From Marsupella aquatica (taxonomy: Eukaryota > Plantae > Marchantiophyta): a DNA stretch of 64,000 nucleotides. Position 1 is the stretch's first letter. Each line of letters starts with the position of its first letter. Location: NCBI GenBank assembly GCA_973895155.1, contig OZ316892.1, positions 7,299,251-7,363,250 on the forward strand. Reading direction: 5' to 3'. The notes beneath the pieces are model-generated. The model was not told the DNA's origin and did not search any database. It saw only the letters and a list, made by a program, of their open reading frames with translations. The position numbers and the translations under genes were made by a program. This document shows, in pieces, positions 38,301 through 51,286 of this stretch.

Positions 38301-38621
38301 TCGGCGGTGGGGGGGCGGGGGGTGCGGGGCCCAAGATTTGTACACGGAGCGGGCCAAGGTCTTGAGTGATGGATGCTCTGAGCACGGTCAATCGCGGGAT
38401 GGTCAGCCTAGATTTGACTTGAAAAGGATGAAATTACTGTTTCTAATCCGGCCATAAAGTTTGGAGGAAGGAATAAAGACTTGTGAATATATACGGAGCA
38501 AGAACGACTTGAGAAGGACCTGGTGGTTAATTGACAAACGAGTCTACCTTTCATGAGTGCAGACTCCAGGAACGAAGGCCCAACGCCGCACTTATCCACC
38601 ATGGGATGCATTATGTTGTAA
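35328..38621. repeat. Segmental tandem duplication, copy 2
   Basis: Colinear with 25448-29062; lacks the 28283-28793 and Helitron insertions. Confidence 0.95.
37004..37702 (-). CDS. Germin-like protein (cupin), secreted, copy 2
   Basis: Same germin motifs as copy 1; intact ORF from ATG 37702. Confidence 0.93.
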   Translation of the reverse strand: MAVRVHFKVLIVFVALATAWFDNGPVGAKADPDPLQDFCIADLQAPGPSVNGYSCRAADQVTAEDFAYAGLATAANLTGFPTQGMATLAFVDEWPALNTLGLSLVRLDINPGGVILPHTHHLATEILYCLEGEVYTGFVTNGDNPTVPNKLYAKIVKAGEAFIFPRGLLHFQLNKGTKPAVTINVLNSQKPGIQLMPKALFGVGIDPELLAKSFFISEALVANISAPFANFG

Positions 38622-40397
38622 TTGAATGCACTGGAAATACTTAAGAACTTCCCCAAGTGTGCATGGTATGCACGTATGCACACCTAAAACTGAATGGGAA
38701 ATAGTTAATTTACGATTTTCGCTATAGGTGTTTTTAAAGTATGTCACACATGCGAGTCCTCACACTTTGAGCCCTACTTATGAGCGTGATGCAAGTGAAT
38801 GCGTGCATAACCTAGTCTATGATTGTAATCCGCAGCACTTATCAATAGTCTCTTGTGTTAGTGCTCCAATGAACGGCAAAAGCATGTACATATATAGACA
38901 AAAAATTACACTTATGTATTCGTAGTCAGTGCTTGCGAAGAGCACTTATAAAATCCCCATTTTTGGGTGCCTCTGCAAAGAAAAAAATGTCCATTTCAAT
39001 TTTGAAGACTACAGAGTCAGCCTGCACTTGTGTACGGCAGGGTGGACTCCACAAGACCGTATCAGTAGTTGAGAAAAAATTAAAATATAGTATCAGTCAG
39101 TGGCCTTTAGCATGTCGCCAATCCAGTTTTCCTGAAGCCAAATGTTGGGAATCAAGTGAATTTATTGCCTTAGTCTATGCCCTAAAGCTACAAAGAATCG
39201 GCAGCCGGCAAAGGGGGAGAACTTAGTCCTGTTCAGATTCTGTCACCAACGTACATTAACGTACACAGCAGTTTCCTCGAAGCTTGCGTATACTTGATCA
39301 ATTTGATACAGTACATTTGTCAGACCATCGTTGTGAACTTGTGTTGAACGGCTACACTAGCCACTAGGAGTCAACTGACTCTGAGCTGGAATAATTGTTT
39401 CGGACTGACGTCATTGCGCGAGCTGACTAATACTCACACGTCAGAGATGTCGGAGTGCAGTGAGCGGTCAAACCTTTCGTAGCTTCAACTTGCCAATGAA
39501 ACAAGTCTCACATGAAACCTCATAAAACAGATATTTGCAGATGAGACCTTACGATGCATGAAAGTGATACAGTCCGCTGAAGTAATAATGGAAAGGTAGC
39601 GGCGCTCAGACTTGGAAATCGCGCAGAAACTATCAGATCCCGGACGTGGTAAGTACATGCCCAAAGCATCAGAAATATCTTAGCACCCGAGGCGAAGGTG
39701 GCGATCGACGGGTATGCCTGTACAGCAGCGAGTTCCGAGAAATGGAGAGCCATTGACTGACAATTGTCAATTCTGCCCGAATAAGAAACCAGCACAATCT
39801 GAAAATATATATACCAGTTTCGGGAGGTTTCTGCTATGCAGGCGCTAATTCCAACCTCCATTGTTCTGCTGAAGATCGTGGCTCAATTCTGAGTGCGCCT
39901 CAGTCCAGCTGCCACTCGCGCTAGCAACTCTTGGAGATTTCACTGAGTGCGCTTCAGTCCAACTGCCACTCGCGCTGCAATTCTTCGAGATTTGACGGAC
40001 ACAAGGACTCTCGATTTCGTTTCATCTCAGAACAATCGATGTCTGATCGATCGGGGAAAGCATTTGTACATTTGTCTCAAGAAATCTGATCCTCCTACCG
40101 ATCAGACTCCAATCACATAAGGACTCTTGGTTTCGGTTCATCTCAGAACAATCGAAGTCTGATTGGCAAAGGCATTTGTCTATTTGTCTAGATGGATCAG
40201 ACTCCAATCGAGCAGTATCTTGCACTCCTTCAGGCTCATTGTTGCAATCCTGAAACCCAAACTTTGGGTTGTTCAAGACAGTAATTGTGGAGTTTCATAT
40301 CTTTGACATTCAGGGATGTCAAGATGTATCTGCTTTATGAGTTTGACAAATCTAATTTACTAATTTTATAAGTCTATGTTAGACTTTGTGGAAAATG

Positions 40398-40852
40398 GAG
40401 AGGATTGAACATAACACGGGCATCTTTGTATATTTCTATCAATGTTATTAGACATGGTTCTATCATTTTGAATAGTCATTTAAATATATGATTATTATTT
40501 TGATCGTGATTAGTGATAAGTCTATATTTGATTTTTTTCCTAAGTTTTTACGTACTAGTTAGAAAATTTGTTTCTATGCAATTCTTTTTTAGGAGTTTTA
40601 AATATTAGAATAAAATAGATGAAATATATTAATAATAATATAATAAATAAATCATATAACTTTTTTATGATAGTTTTCACGTATGCATGTTAGCGAGATT
40701 TCAAAAAAACATAGAAAAAATAAATTTTCTTTTAATAATAGTTTAAAATATAATAATCATTTATGAGAATGACTATGAAAACTAATAGAACAATGTCCAA
40801 AGAACATTGATAGAAATGTACATAGGTGCCTTTAATTACGGTCAATCCTCTC
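40398..40852. mobile_element. AT-rich MITE with ~85-bp TIRs (GAGAGGATTGA...TCAATCCTCTC)
   Basis: 40398-40480 is an imperfect reverse complement of 40768-40852; no TSD evident. Confidence 0.75.
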
Positions 40853-43139
40853 GGTTCTTCACAAAGTGGAACAAAGACTTGCAAGGATAAGGTTTAAGTG
40901 CCCCTGGCTATCATCTACAGGAACATGGGAACATGGGAACATGGAGGGGAGCAAGTACACATGAACACAAACATTTACTACACAAGAATCTAAGGAAACA
41001 AACACGGGCGAGGGAGGCCGCGACGGTGGAGGGGAGGCAAGCTGCTCTTTTTGTTCTTTGGTTGTTTCATAGGCCACAGCCTTGATCTAAATGTGTTCCC
41101 ATTTCATTTTTGGTAAGTTGGATCTTTCATAGACTAGAGCCTTGATTTGAATATGTTCCGATCTATTTTCTGTAGGCAAGTTCGTTTCAGTGCTCAAGCA
41201 GAAATAACTTGCTTCAATTTCAATCCATTAATTTTGAGTAAGTTTGATAGGAAGCATTACCTGTTCAGCTAGCTTGATGTACGTACTACCATACTGTTGT
41301 CGTTGGACAGATTCAAAAAGATTGTCTGACAAAATTGCTTGCACTTGAGCATAATTAGATCCTGCACGATCACGTATCTGCAATTGACTTCCCAGACAGA
41401 CCAAGTGGTTTCTCGTGAAAGGCGAACAATTACTAATCGGTCGATTATGCATCTAGGAATATAGATTTTTCGCAGAGTGACTGAAACAAATTAATGCGTA
41501 CTGAATTTACTGTTACAACGGAAAATGGCGAATGAATTTGGAATTTTTCTCGGAGATTTGAGAATGGGGATTGCAGATGCGTCGAAGTCCAAGTCTATCT
41601 CACTTGACGTTATAGTTGCATTTTCTTCTAACGGTAACCTGTTGATTTCGTGACGACCTACTAGATTCATGTACCGTCTGCATAGTTTCTGTATAAAGCT
41701 CCAGCCTAGGGACCGCCTCAGGCCACTAGTTCTTAAACATCTCACAAGATTGATGGCTATTACTATTGCTCATATATAGCCGATTTGCTTATTTAACTTT
41801 GCCTAGAAGCATAAAGTCCAGCTGGTCTGTCTCACACCTATTGCGACTGCGTAGTATCGCCGAACATTCCCAATCCCCTGAGATTATGTCTGCCTCACGC
41901 ATCCAATAGAATTCTTTAGATTACTGCAACGACGACTGCTGTCTTTCTCCTGATGCTTCAACGTGTACTTCTGCATTGCATGACTCTTAGCCGGCCTCAG
42001 CCTTTATAATTATAACTTCTCGTCTTCCAAGTGCTGCATGCTTTGCCTGGCTAAATGGAAAAATTGGAAACAAAGCACCGAACCTTTGCAGAATCGTCCC
42101 CAGAGCAATTGCACACACACATGCCAAGGTTGGGTCGTCAAGAGTCTTGGCCCCGCGAGACCGTCCGCCGGTACATTACTGTTCAACGGAGACATTTAGT
42201 AGCCTGTGCTTTTGCTCACAGGAGAGTAGTGAACGACGCGGATGAAGTTATATCACACAGCCAAAACTTAAAAGGCGCACATCCTGGAATACGATCCCAC
42301 AGGTAGCTAGGCGACACGATAAAGCGGAGGCAACGAGGAAATCCCAAAGAGCCAAAAAAACGGAGAGTTCCTGACCAAAGTCCCAGTGACAATCAGACTC
42401 TGAAAGCCTACCTACACGTACTCTCAAAAAGTAAAAGGCGCACATCCTGGAGACACGATCCCACAATCATACAGGTATGCTACACGATAACGGAGAGGCA
42501 ACAAGAAAAATCCCTAACAGCCAACAATCAGAATCCCATACTTAGAACCAAAAACGTCGGAATCCCAAAGGGCCCAAATTCGGAATCCCAACGAGCCCAA
42601 AATCGGAATCCCAAAGTACCAAAAAAAATCGGGGAGTCGCTGACCAAAGTCCCAGTGACAATCAGAAACTAAAAGCCTACTAATTGGCAAATTGAAAAGC
42701 CTGGTATGAAATTCAATTACAGAAGCGTTTGAACTGAAAAGCCTGGTAATATGAAACGCCAATTACAGGAGCGTTTGAAACTGCAAGCTTGTTGCTGTGA
42801 AAGAGCTCCACTACAGCAATTAGTGTTAGTCACATAACTCTTTAAACTTTATATCTCACATATAAGAATGCAACTCACATGATCACATTATTTCAGGTGT
42901 CACACTGAGTAATTAGAGTTCACAAGAAGTCACACTTTTGGTAAGTGTTTGCCTTGAATAGTGCAGTCTGAATAATTGAAGTTTTTGCCTTGAATAGTGC
43001 TCAAAGACAATCAAGGCATAAAACTGAGACACTCAAGAGGACTCTCAATACAAAGTAAAGTGCGTGACTTTAATAACATTATACTGAAGTAGTGTGATTC
43101 TGGTTGAAAAAAATGTGCACACAATTTAGTGTTATTCAC

Positions 43140-43285
43140 ACTAATTTTGGTGTCACATTATTTAGGGTGGACAGTGTTCTGTAGTACGTTATAATTTTGG
43201 TGTCACATGCACTATTTAGGGTGGACATTGTACTCACTGTAGTTATAATTTTGGTGTCACACTATTTGGGTTGGACAGTGTACTT
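43140..43285. repeat. ~52-bp tandem repeat x3 (TAATTTTGGTGTCACA...GGACAGTG)
   Basis: Units are directly visible. Confidence 0.8.
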
Positions 43286-45178
43286 TAGTGACAATGCAAA
43301 TAATGAACTACTCTATCATGCCTGACTACAAACTTCCACTTAAACCGGTGCCCAGGACTGCATAAAGCAAGTAATCTAAGTCTATGCTCCTAAGAGCGTC
43401 GTCCCAGCTTCCCATGCAATAGAATAGATTGGGTTTACGGGCATTGAGATGACATCTTGCTACATGAAGTTTACCTTCATTCTTCAATATCATTGTAAGG
43501 GTTGAAGCTTCTACACTTTTCATTGTCAATCCGTCTAACTTTGCAAGTGAAAACAATTGGCAGATTCAGGCACAACGCAATCAGCCCAAACTGAGGGCAA
43601 GCTTCCGATTTTTCTTATGGCAGCAATGCTGTCAATGCCAATCCAATATGTCCATCTGTGTGATAGACACTGATTTTCAAATCACAAGCTGATTTTCAGA
43701 TCACAGGAGGATCAAATTTTTACTACAACACACGTACGTATATAATTCAGGTCAGGTACAGTGTTTGGCAAGCACTAACGGCTCATCCTAACTTAGATGT
43801 TACGTTTTTCATAGATCCATGCTCAGCATATTTATCAGCCTCAATTCCATACGTGCGTAAACCCGTCTGCAAATATAGAGTCACAATCAAAGTAGCAACT
43901 GCTTGCATTATCATGTCCTAAGGATCCACCCCAATTTCTTTTGTGAGTTACAGCACGTACCCAAGCTAGAAGCTAGAATATCAGATCACCGTTGTACCGA
44001 TCAATATACTGTTTCGGTATTGACTACGACGAACGACATTTAAATACAATTTCCAGATGCGGACATTGGGTCTAGATGACTAAAGTTGATGGATGCACCC
44101 CTGTACATTGTGTCGAGACTGTACCGCAATTCAAAGCAGACACTCAGTTGATTCTTTGACCGAACTAATTCAGTTATAAAAAAAATTATTCCCTTGGAAA
44201 GGTCTTTCAGCTGCTGTCAGGATATCTAGAGCATACTTTAACTCCATGCATATACGCAAGAGAAACCATGTAAAGAGAATAATATGCACGAGAAGAACAA
44301 CAGAAGTCTCACTGAACAGAAAGTAAAAGGATAACTGCCTGTACATATCGCTGCAGAAGAACCTCAATCATCCGTATGCTGGCCCAGAGGAAGCATCCGC
44401 AATTACAAGTGCATAGACCAAATCATGGAAGGAAGTCTAAAAGCACTTTTGAGAGATTCTAGAATACTCGCCGTCAGACGAAGCTTAGACTATTCTCTCG
44501 CCTATAATTTCCTGAATATGATGTTTCTGAACGTTCTTGGATTTACTCTTTGAAGCATTGGGCGGAGTATTCTAACACAAAAAGGCTCACGTTTCACGGC
44601 ATTGTCAAGTACTTACAGCAGAGCCGTCGCAAAAGTTCATCACTAAATATCTGGTCAGAAGGTCAACAATCATAACTATCTAAGTGTTTTGACGTTTGAA
44701 TAGAAGCTGCGCCTTCATTGTCTCCAGAGTGGGCCAAGCAACTGTATTTTAGGTATGAACACACGTACAAACTCATGACCACGACATGTCAAATCATTGA
44801 ATCCATGTGCTAAAGTAGGCTCCTTGCTGTTAGTCACGCAAACCTAACCCGTCCACGCTTAAAAAGAATCGGGAAGACTTTACTAAATTTATTCGCTGCC
44901 TAGATGTACAAACAGTACTTATTCTTGACGCATGTAAGCAGAATTTAAGCTGAATGGAGTCGGATTCGCTATCCGCTCATACGGAATGCTGAAAAGCCTA
45001 GCTTCCATGTACATGCACTTTATTCATTCCCTGCCTGTGCTGCTTCCTAAATAAACTGGAGCTGAAAAGCCTAGCTTCCATGTACATGCACTTTATTCAT
45101 TCCATGCCTTCCAGTGCTGCTAGTGCTGCTTCCTACATGAACTGGAGCAGCTGTCCAAATCGATCGTCCATCGATCAG

Positions 45179-45568
45179 CTAGGCTTCACCTTCGCTGTCA
45201 ATTGGAGGTGCCACATCGGTCAAGTTCTCAATCCGTGACCAATCGCCAAAATCGATTTTGGTCCTTTCGATGACGAACAAACCTTCCTTGTACTTCTGAT
45301 TCTCCTCGTGGGCCACCAAGTATTTCCAACCAAGAACACGGTTGCAGGCATTGCAAGTAACATCGGCAACAGTATGAAGCCCCGTGATCATCACTTTGTC
45401 CTCCGATCTACCGAGATACACGTTCGCCACATCCCCGAACAGGTAGGCGTTGCCATGGCGGCCCTGAAAGCCCTTGCTGACCAAATTTGACAAATTAGCC
45501 AAGTGTGTGTGGCAAAACTTACAACTGTAAATGCGACCCTCGAGGGTTCTCAAAAACAATCGTCCCAT
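45179..45568 (-). CDS. Yippee-like zinc-binding protein
   Basis: MGRLF..YSCKFCHTHLA..SKGFQGRHGNAYLF..MITGLHTVADVTCNAC..LGWKY..ENQKYKEG; two CxxC motifs. Confidence 0.95.
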   Translation of the reverse strand: MGRLFLRTLEGRIYSCKFCHTHLANLSNLVSKGFQGRHGNAYLFGDVANVYLGRSEDKVMITGLHTVADVTCNACNRVLGWKYLVAHEENQKYKEGLFVIERTKIDFGDWSRIENLTDVAPPIDSEGEA

Positions 45569-45797
45569 CTTCTCAGTCTGAACGATCTGCCACTGATTAG
45601 CTTACGAATCTGTCTCTCTTGACTGTCTGTCTACCAAGTACACAGCAACGACAAAAGAGCGTCAAGAGGAGAGGAGAGCCCATTCTAGAAACAAGAGAAG
45701 AATGACACTGGTGGAGGATCTCCTTCTTAAATAGAATTGGAAACGATCACTCGTGCTTGTCAATTCCTGCATTAGTTCCTTGTTGCTTTGCATGTAC

Positions 45798-45955
45798 TCA
45801 AGGTTGGAAGTTTGGGTGCCTCCTCATTCTCTTCGTGAGCTTATCTGGCCTCAAGGTTGGAAGTTTGGGTGCCTCCTCATTCGCTTCGTGAGCTTATCTG
45901 GCCTCAAGGTTGGAAGTTTGGGTGTCTCCTCATTCTCTAAGTGAGCTTATGTGGC
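45798..45955. repeat. 53-bp tandem repeat x3 upstream of Yippee
   Basis: CTCAAGGTTGGAAGTTTGGGTGCCTCCTCATT...GAGCTTATCTGGC occurs three times. Confidence 0.9.
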
Positions 45956-48900
45956 CTTCCATTATCCCCATTGTTGCTGGTTATTTGCACATATCTAAGT
46001 GACGACGATTGATCTCCAGCCTGTCCTACTTGAGTGGCGAAGAGTGACTTAGCGATCGGTGACTTACTGGAGACATATTTTTCTACCTAGTTATTGAGTG
46101 CTCTACTAGCTAGTTTGAATAGTTTGAATAAAGCTCATAAATATAGTTGGTTCATTCTATCTAACCAACAAGTATTTTTGCCTTCAATTTTAATGTTCTC
46201 ATTATCACATCATAAAAATATATTTAATTATCCACTACACAATTATACTTGAAACTATATTGCACCCAGTTCAGGAATCAATCGACCCAACAAAAAGCTT
46301 ATGCCAAGTCTTGGCAACAAGCTTATGGGATGTAAAAGCTTATTATTACAAAACCCTGATAGACAGATGAAATAATGAAATATAAGGAATACAATATTAA
46401 ACATAACATCTTTTTTATCCAAATTTTAAAAAAACTATGTGAAATTTCCTAAAAACTGATTTTGATGTAGAGAACACTTTTTAAAATGTGTTGTTTTTTA
46501 ATACATCAAAACATTAAGTTGATTATTTATGATTTGAATTCTAATTTTAAACTCCAATTAAATAATATGAATGACATCTTGGGTACACTATGTGGTGCAA
46601 ATCATTTAAATTCAAGATGAGGGTCTTTTCACCACCACTAAGTCTAGACTAGTAAGACCTTTTGATCCTCACAACCTCAAATGTAGCCAAGGCATTAATA
46701 GTCCTCGTGAGAATTAAATCAATGTTCGGGATGGAAAGAATTATATAGGTGTCCCAAATCTCATGAACTACCTAAGCTCAGGGATATTGTGATCTTGGAT
46801 TGTGATTCTCTCAATCTAAGTAATCAGAATGATGTCAAGGGTGCAAGTTGGACTTTTGGGTTACTTTGTGTAATTAAGGAGAGATGCCTGTCAACCTGTG
46901 TGGTGAAATCAAACAATATTCTATGTTTATACACTATATTAGTATATAAAACAGAAGTCTTACAATTATAGCTGAACTTGAAGCGCTTGCCAAGTCTACA
47001 TAATTATGAAATTCAAACACCAAAGTTTTCCACAAATGTGATATGTCCTTAAACATACTTAGTCATGTGTGGCTTGCTCTTACAAAATGGAGTTTCCGCA
47101 GCATACTCCAATTTTCAGGAAGCTAATTAAAGATAGGATGAATGCTGTTATGGTTAGAAGTCCAGATCTAGTGAAGTGATAGGAGAGTGCAACTCTGCTT
47201 TCTAATATTAATAGTGATGGTTATCAATGGCTAGCTCATATGTCAGCTAGATCTGTGGACGCCTAACTCTATAGACATGTTTGCTACTCCAGTATATATG
47301 GGTGCTTATGTTTGCTACTCCAGTATGGGTGCTCAATGAAATTCGGGTGGCTAAATGAGGAATAACCCTGCTCTACACATGCTTCTGTAGTTGTAAGTTA
47401 TATACTAGACAGTCCATGGCAATTGAAGACTGAGACCTGGAAAACAAAAGTTATATAATAATGGATCGTGCTGAAATAGTAGATATTACTTCAATCAAAC
47501 TACTATCCAAGCTTCTGATTTCAAGGTTCCTAAAATCCAAGAAATATTTGAGATGTTTGCACTATTGTTTATTCTGAAACTCAAGCGATTGTATGATTGT
47601 CAAGCTCTGACTGTACAACGATTCTCAATCAGCATTGGTGTGACAAAGAAGCTGGGGTTCATGTTGCATTATGATAGTGATTTCCTAGCCTAAGCTGCAG
47701 GACAAAACTCTCTCCCGTTAGTAAATTAACCTCAAAACAAAAAAAGCCAAGGATTTGGAAATTTGTGAGATTAAATGGTACCTGGTCAATCTGTAATTGA
47801 GAATGCGACATAACTAGAGTCAGTTTGGAACCCTAATGAACTTGTCAGGTTCAAGAGTGCCATTCGTGCTCACTCCCAGACCAAATTTGGGTTTTCTGAT
47901 GTACTTACAGCAAATCTATTCTTTGTCTTTCCTAACCTTTAAAATATAGACAGTTAACTTTTTCTTTACTATTGCAGGGATTCATCCACTTTTAGAACTG
48001 TCCATGCAAGAGTACTGTCACATTACAATCTCAATGCCTTGGCATCGACTCTTTGTTAAAAACTGGAGTTGTCCCCTAGTTTCAAACCCTTTACCTTGCC
48101 ACACCCCCACAATCCATTCAACCATTGTGCAAAGCACTATTACTAGCTAAGCACTGCTATGGACTACTGTTCTGATCCCTAAGATTATTTAATTTAATTC
48201 AAATTGGACTGTGAGCCCTGTCTAGTCCGTACAGTGCACAAAACAACTACAGTACTTATAATTGTAATAAATATGCACTGTATGTACCGAGACTATACCT
48301 CAATAGGCTACAATCACTCCTCTCTTAGTTAAAATAAATAGTATTATTATGTGGCTGTTTTGGTGGCACCGCCTTCCTCCTCCCCCGCTTCCTCCCCCCT
48401 CTTTGTTTAAAGTGGAAAATTCCATTTGAATGAATGCAAAACCACAATTGTCTATTAAATGCTGGCGGGAATGCTGGTAGGCTGGGAGAAAACGGCCCAA
48501 TAATTGAATTTGGGTACTGTGGCAACCCCCAATTAAAGCCAAATACACACAAATGAAAGAGGTTCTAGACATTGGGAGAGTACTTTCTCTGCTTGGGAAT
48601 AGAAAGGAAGGAAAAGGAGAACAGACAAAAACTGAATGAGGCACCAGGATTTCTGACATGCAGTTGCACCATTTCATTGATTTTCTCCCCAAGCCTGAAT
48701 GTGCATGTTTAAAGTCTTCATAAACACACCCGTTTGTTTTGAGGAGATCCCTGGAAAAGTGGTTCAGCCCAGGAATCGTACACAATTTATCTAAACACAA
48801 TTACAACAAAAACAACAAAGAATGGGCCGAAGCATGAGTAAAAACAAAAATTGTCATGTTGAATTTTGATAACATAAAAGAAATCATTTCAACAAAATAG

Positions 48901-49770
48901 AATAGATTGATTACATGAGAATCAATATTCATAATTGAATATATCAGTGTTTAAACTAGAAAATAACCATGTAATCAATCTTCACACATTGAAAGTATCA
49001 GTGATTAAACTAGAAAATAATCATGTAATCAATCTTCACACGTTGAACATATCAGTGTTTAAACTAGGAAATAACGTAATGTAATCAATCTTGATACTAT
49101 CATTGAATATATCACTTCAGTTGATAATTATATCACTATCTGATACTTATATCACTATCTTGATACTATCATTGGATATATTTCTTCAGTTGGCATATTT
49201 GCAGAATTAGTCTTTAGGGGAGTATAACCATGTTGTATCATCAAGTTCATTATATGCAAATTGTGCAAGTTAAAGTCTGACTTTGGTTTTTCTTGAGTTT
49301 GGGTTTTGGGTTCAAATTTTGCTTTGAATGTGGATATGTGAGGACAAAGCTTAAATGGAGGATTCTGAATGAAGACAGTGGAGTTTAAAGTTAATTAGTA
49401 CATGATCAACTTCATTGAAGACAATAAGAAATTATTCATGATAATAGTCCATTCAAAACTTTCCCTTGTTATCTCTATGTCTATGCAATCCATGTTACAG
49501 GCCATATAGTTCATGCAAAATATTTGTCTATCTGCAATAAATAGCTGAAGCCAGGGTTTTCTTACTAACATCAAGTTGGTATTCTTCTGTCCTTGATAAT
49601 TGAAAAGTTTTTCCCCTTCTTTTGTTAGTCCATGAGAATTGCAAAGCTCGTCTGTACCCTTGTTACTCCTCTTCTCCCAACTTTGCTTTGCTTTTCCCTT
49701 GTTACTCCTCTCTCCCAACTTTGCTTTGCTTGGGAACTGAGAGGAATGCAAAGGACAAGATACAAAATGT

Positions 49771-49878
49771 GAATGCGGCAAGGGGACTACCAAAGAGGTC
49801 ACCCATCCCAGTACCACTTCAGCCCAGAGGGACCCAATTGCAGTTCACATGGGATCCTGCTCCGATCATATCACATCC
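49771..49878 (-). pseudogene. Degenerate 5S rRNA-derived sequence
   Basis: The minus strand reads GGATGTGAT..GGATCCCATGTGAACTGC..TGGGCTGAAGTGGTACTGGGATGGGTGACCTCTTTGGTAGTCCCC..GCATTC, colinear with plant 5S rRNA and followed by TTTT. Confidence 0.8.
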
Positions 49879-49951
49879 ATGGTTGGAGATCCAGGGCTAT
49901 ATATTCAAGAACCTACATTATAGCTTCGAATTTATACCACAAGTTATTATC

Positions 49952-50134
49952 TTAAACCACAAGAGCACCTATAAAGGGTTAAGGTGGCTCTCTCATTAAA
50001 CACCGCACCAGTGACAGTTTCAGTAAGAATGGGCTTCAGCTCCACTATTGTGGTGAGCATACTGTTCACCACTAGACAAGAATGAAAAGTAGAAGGCAAC
50101 GGATGGGGCTTTTATATTGGCAGGTGTGGATTAA
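49952..50134. mobile_element. TTAA-bounded MITE, same family as 33686-33900
   Basis: TTAAACCACAAGAGCACCTATAAAGGG at the left and GGGGCTTTTATATTGGCAGGTGTGGATTAA at the right. Confidence 0.7.
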
Positions 50135-50590
50135 GCATGGTGCTTAGCTCTTGAATGATGAATTCTGATTCTGATCAAATTAATCGCAGGAAATAGTTCT
50201 GAACATCACTCTCGTTCTCCACCAGCTCAACAGCAGAATGCCAAACAATCCAACAAAGACTTTTCACAGGGAATGGTTCTCTCTGATTCTCATCACTCTG
50301 ATTCTCCAGCTCCCTAGCAGAATGAAAAACAATCTTCCCTTGCTTGCAGCCATACGGTATACTATCTCAAGTGGCCGTTAATCATCACCTACTGTTCGTC
50401 ATCAATCCGAGAGAATTATACTAGTAGCATGTCTTTTGACTGTCAGTCTTGATTTGGGTCGACGAGTTGCAGCTAACTCTACATCACCATCCTCCTCTGC
50501 TCAACCTCGACCACCACCAACTTACTGGCCCAAGAATCTCCATCCGAGGGCTATGCATAATTGCCCCCACAATGAAACCCGCCGTCTCAA

Positions 50591-51286
50591 TTATGTTTCG
50601 GCCCCGGAAGAGCGTGCAGAGTACTGATTTGCCAGATTTTGAATCTCTGTGTTGGAAAGCACCTGCTTGTCAGATCCATACTTGGCCACCTCCAGCATAC
50701 CTTTCCCCAAATCAGCCGCATTGATGATATTGCTGGGAAGGAACTTATAGGCCGGCACTGCAAGAAGGTCCGCGAGCTTCGTTCCAATTGAGTTCTTGAT
50801 GCGCACATCTGGATGAATATAGCCGGGCCGAAAGCTTATGGAGGCCGGATACCCGAGCTTCGCCAAAGTATTCTCCGTCTTTCCTTTCACGCGAGCAAAG
50901 GTTATTAAGCTCTTCTCGGATGAATCGGCTCCGCGCCCACTGAGGAACAAAAACTTGAAGGATTCGTTTGGATTGGCAGCTCCGAATGCCTTTGCCGCGG
51001 TGATGGCGAAATCATACGTGATCACGTCGTACTGCTCCTTGGTCACCTGTCTCTGAGAGATTCCAAGGCACCACAAGGCGGCTTGATGGTCGCCCAGCTG
51101 GGAGGCGATGTCCTCATAATTGTTGAAGTCTTTGTGGATGATTACTCGCAGCTTCTCATGCTCTGTGTCTAATGGTCGGCGCGTGAGGACGGTGATCCGA
51201 CCCACTTCTGGATCGGCAATGGCTTGGCGTAAGGCTCCTGACCCTGCAGTCCCTGTGGCCCCTGTTAAAATTATGTTGATAGGCAT
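50591..51286 (-). CDS. Atypical SDR / NAD(P)-binding Rossmann protein (epimerase- or TIP30-like), microbial type
   Basis: IILTGATGTAG, VLTRR, IIHKDF, WCLGISQ, ITYDF, FLSGRGAD, FARVKGKTEN, FRPGYI. A TATA-like TATAAAAA lies at ~51340-51347 on the minus strand. Confidence 0.88.
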   Translation of the reverse strand: MPINIILTGATGTAGSGALRQAIADPEVGRITVLTRRPLDTEHEKLRVIIHKDFNNYEDIASQLGDHQAALWCLGISQRQVTKEQYDVITYDFAITAAKAFGAANPNESFKFLFLSGRGADSSEKSLITFARVKGKTENTLAKLGYPASISFRPGYIHPDVRIKNSIGTKLADLLAVPAYKFLPSNIINAADLGKGMLEVAKYGSDKQVLSNTEIQNLANQYSARSSGAET

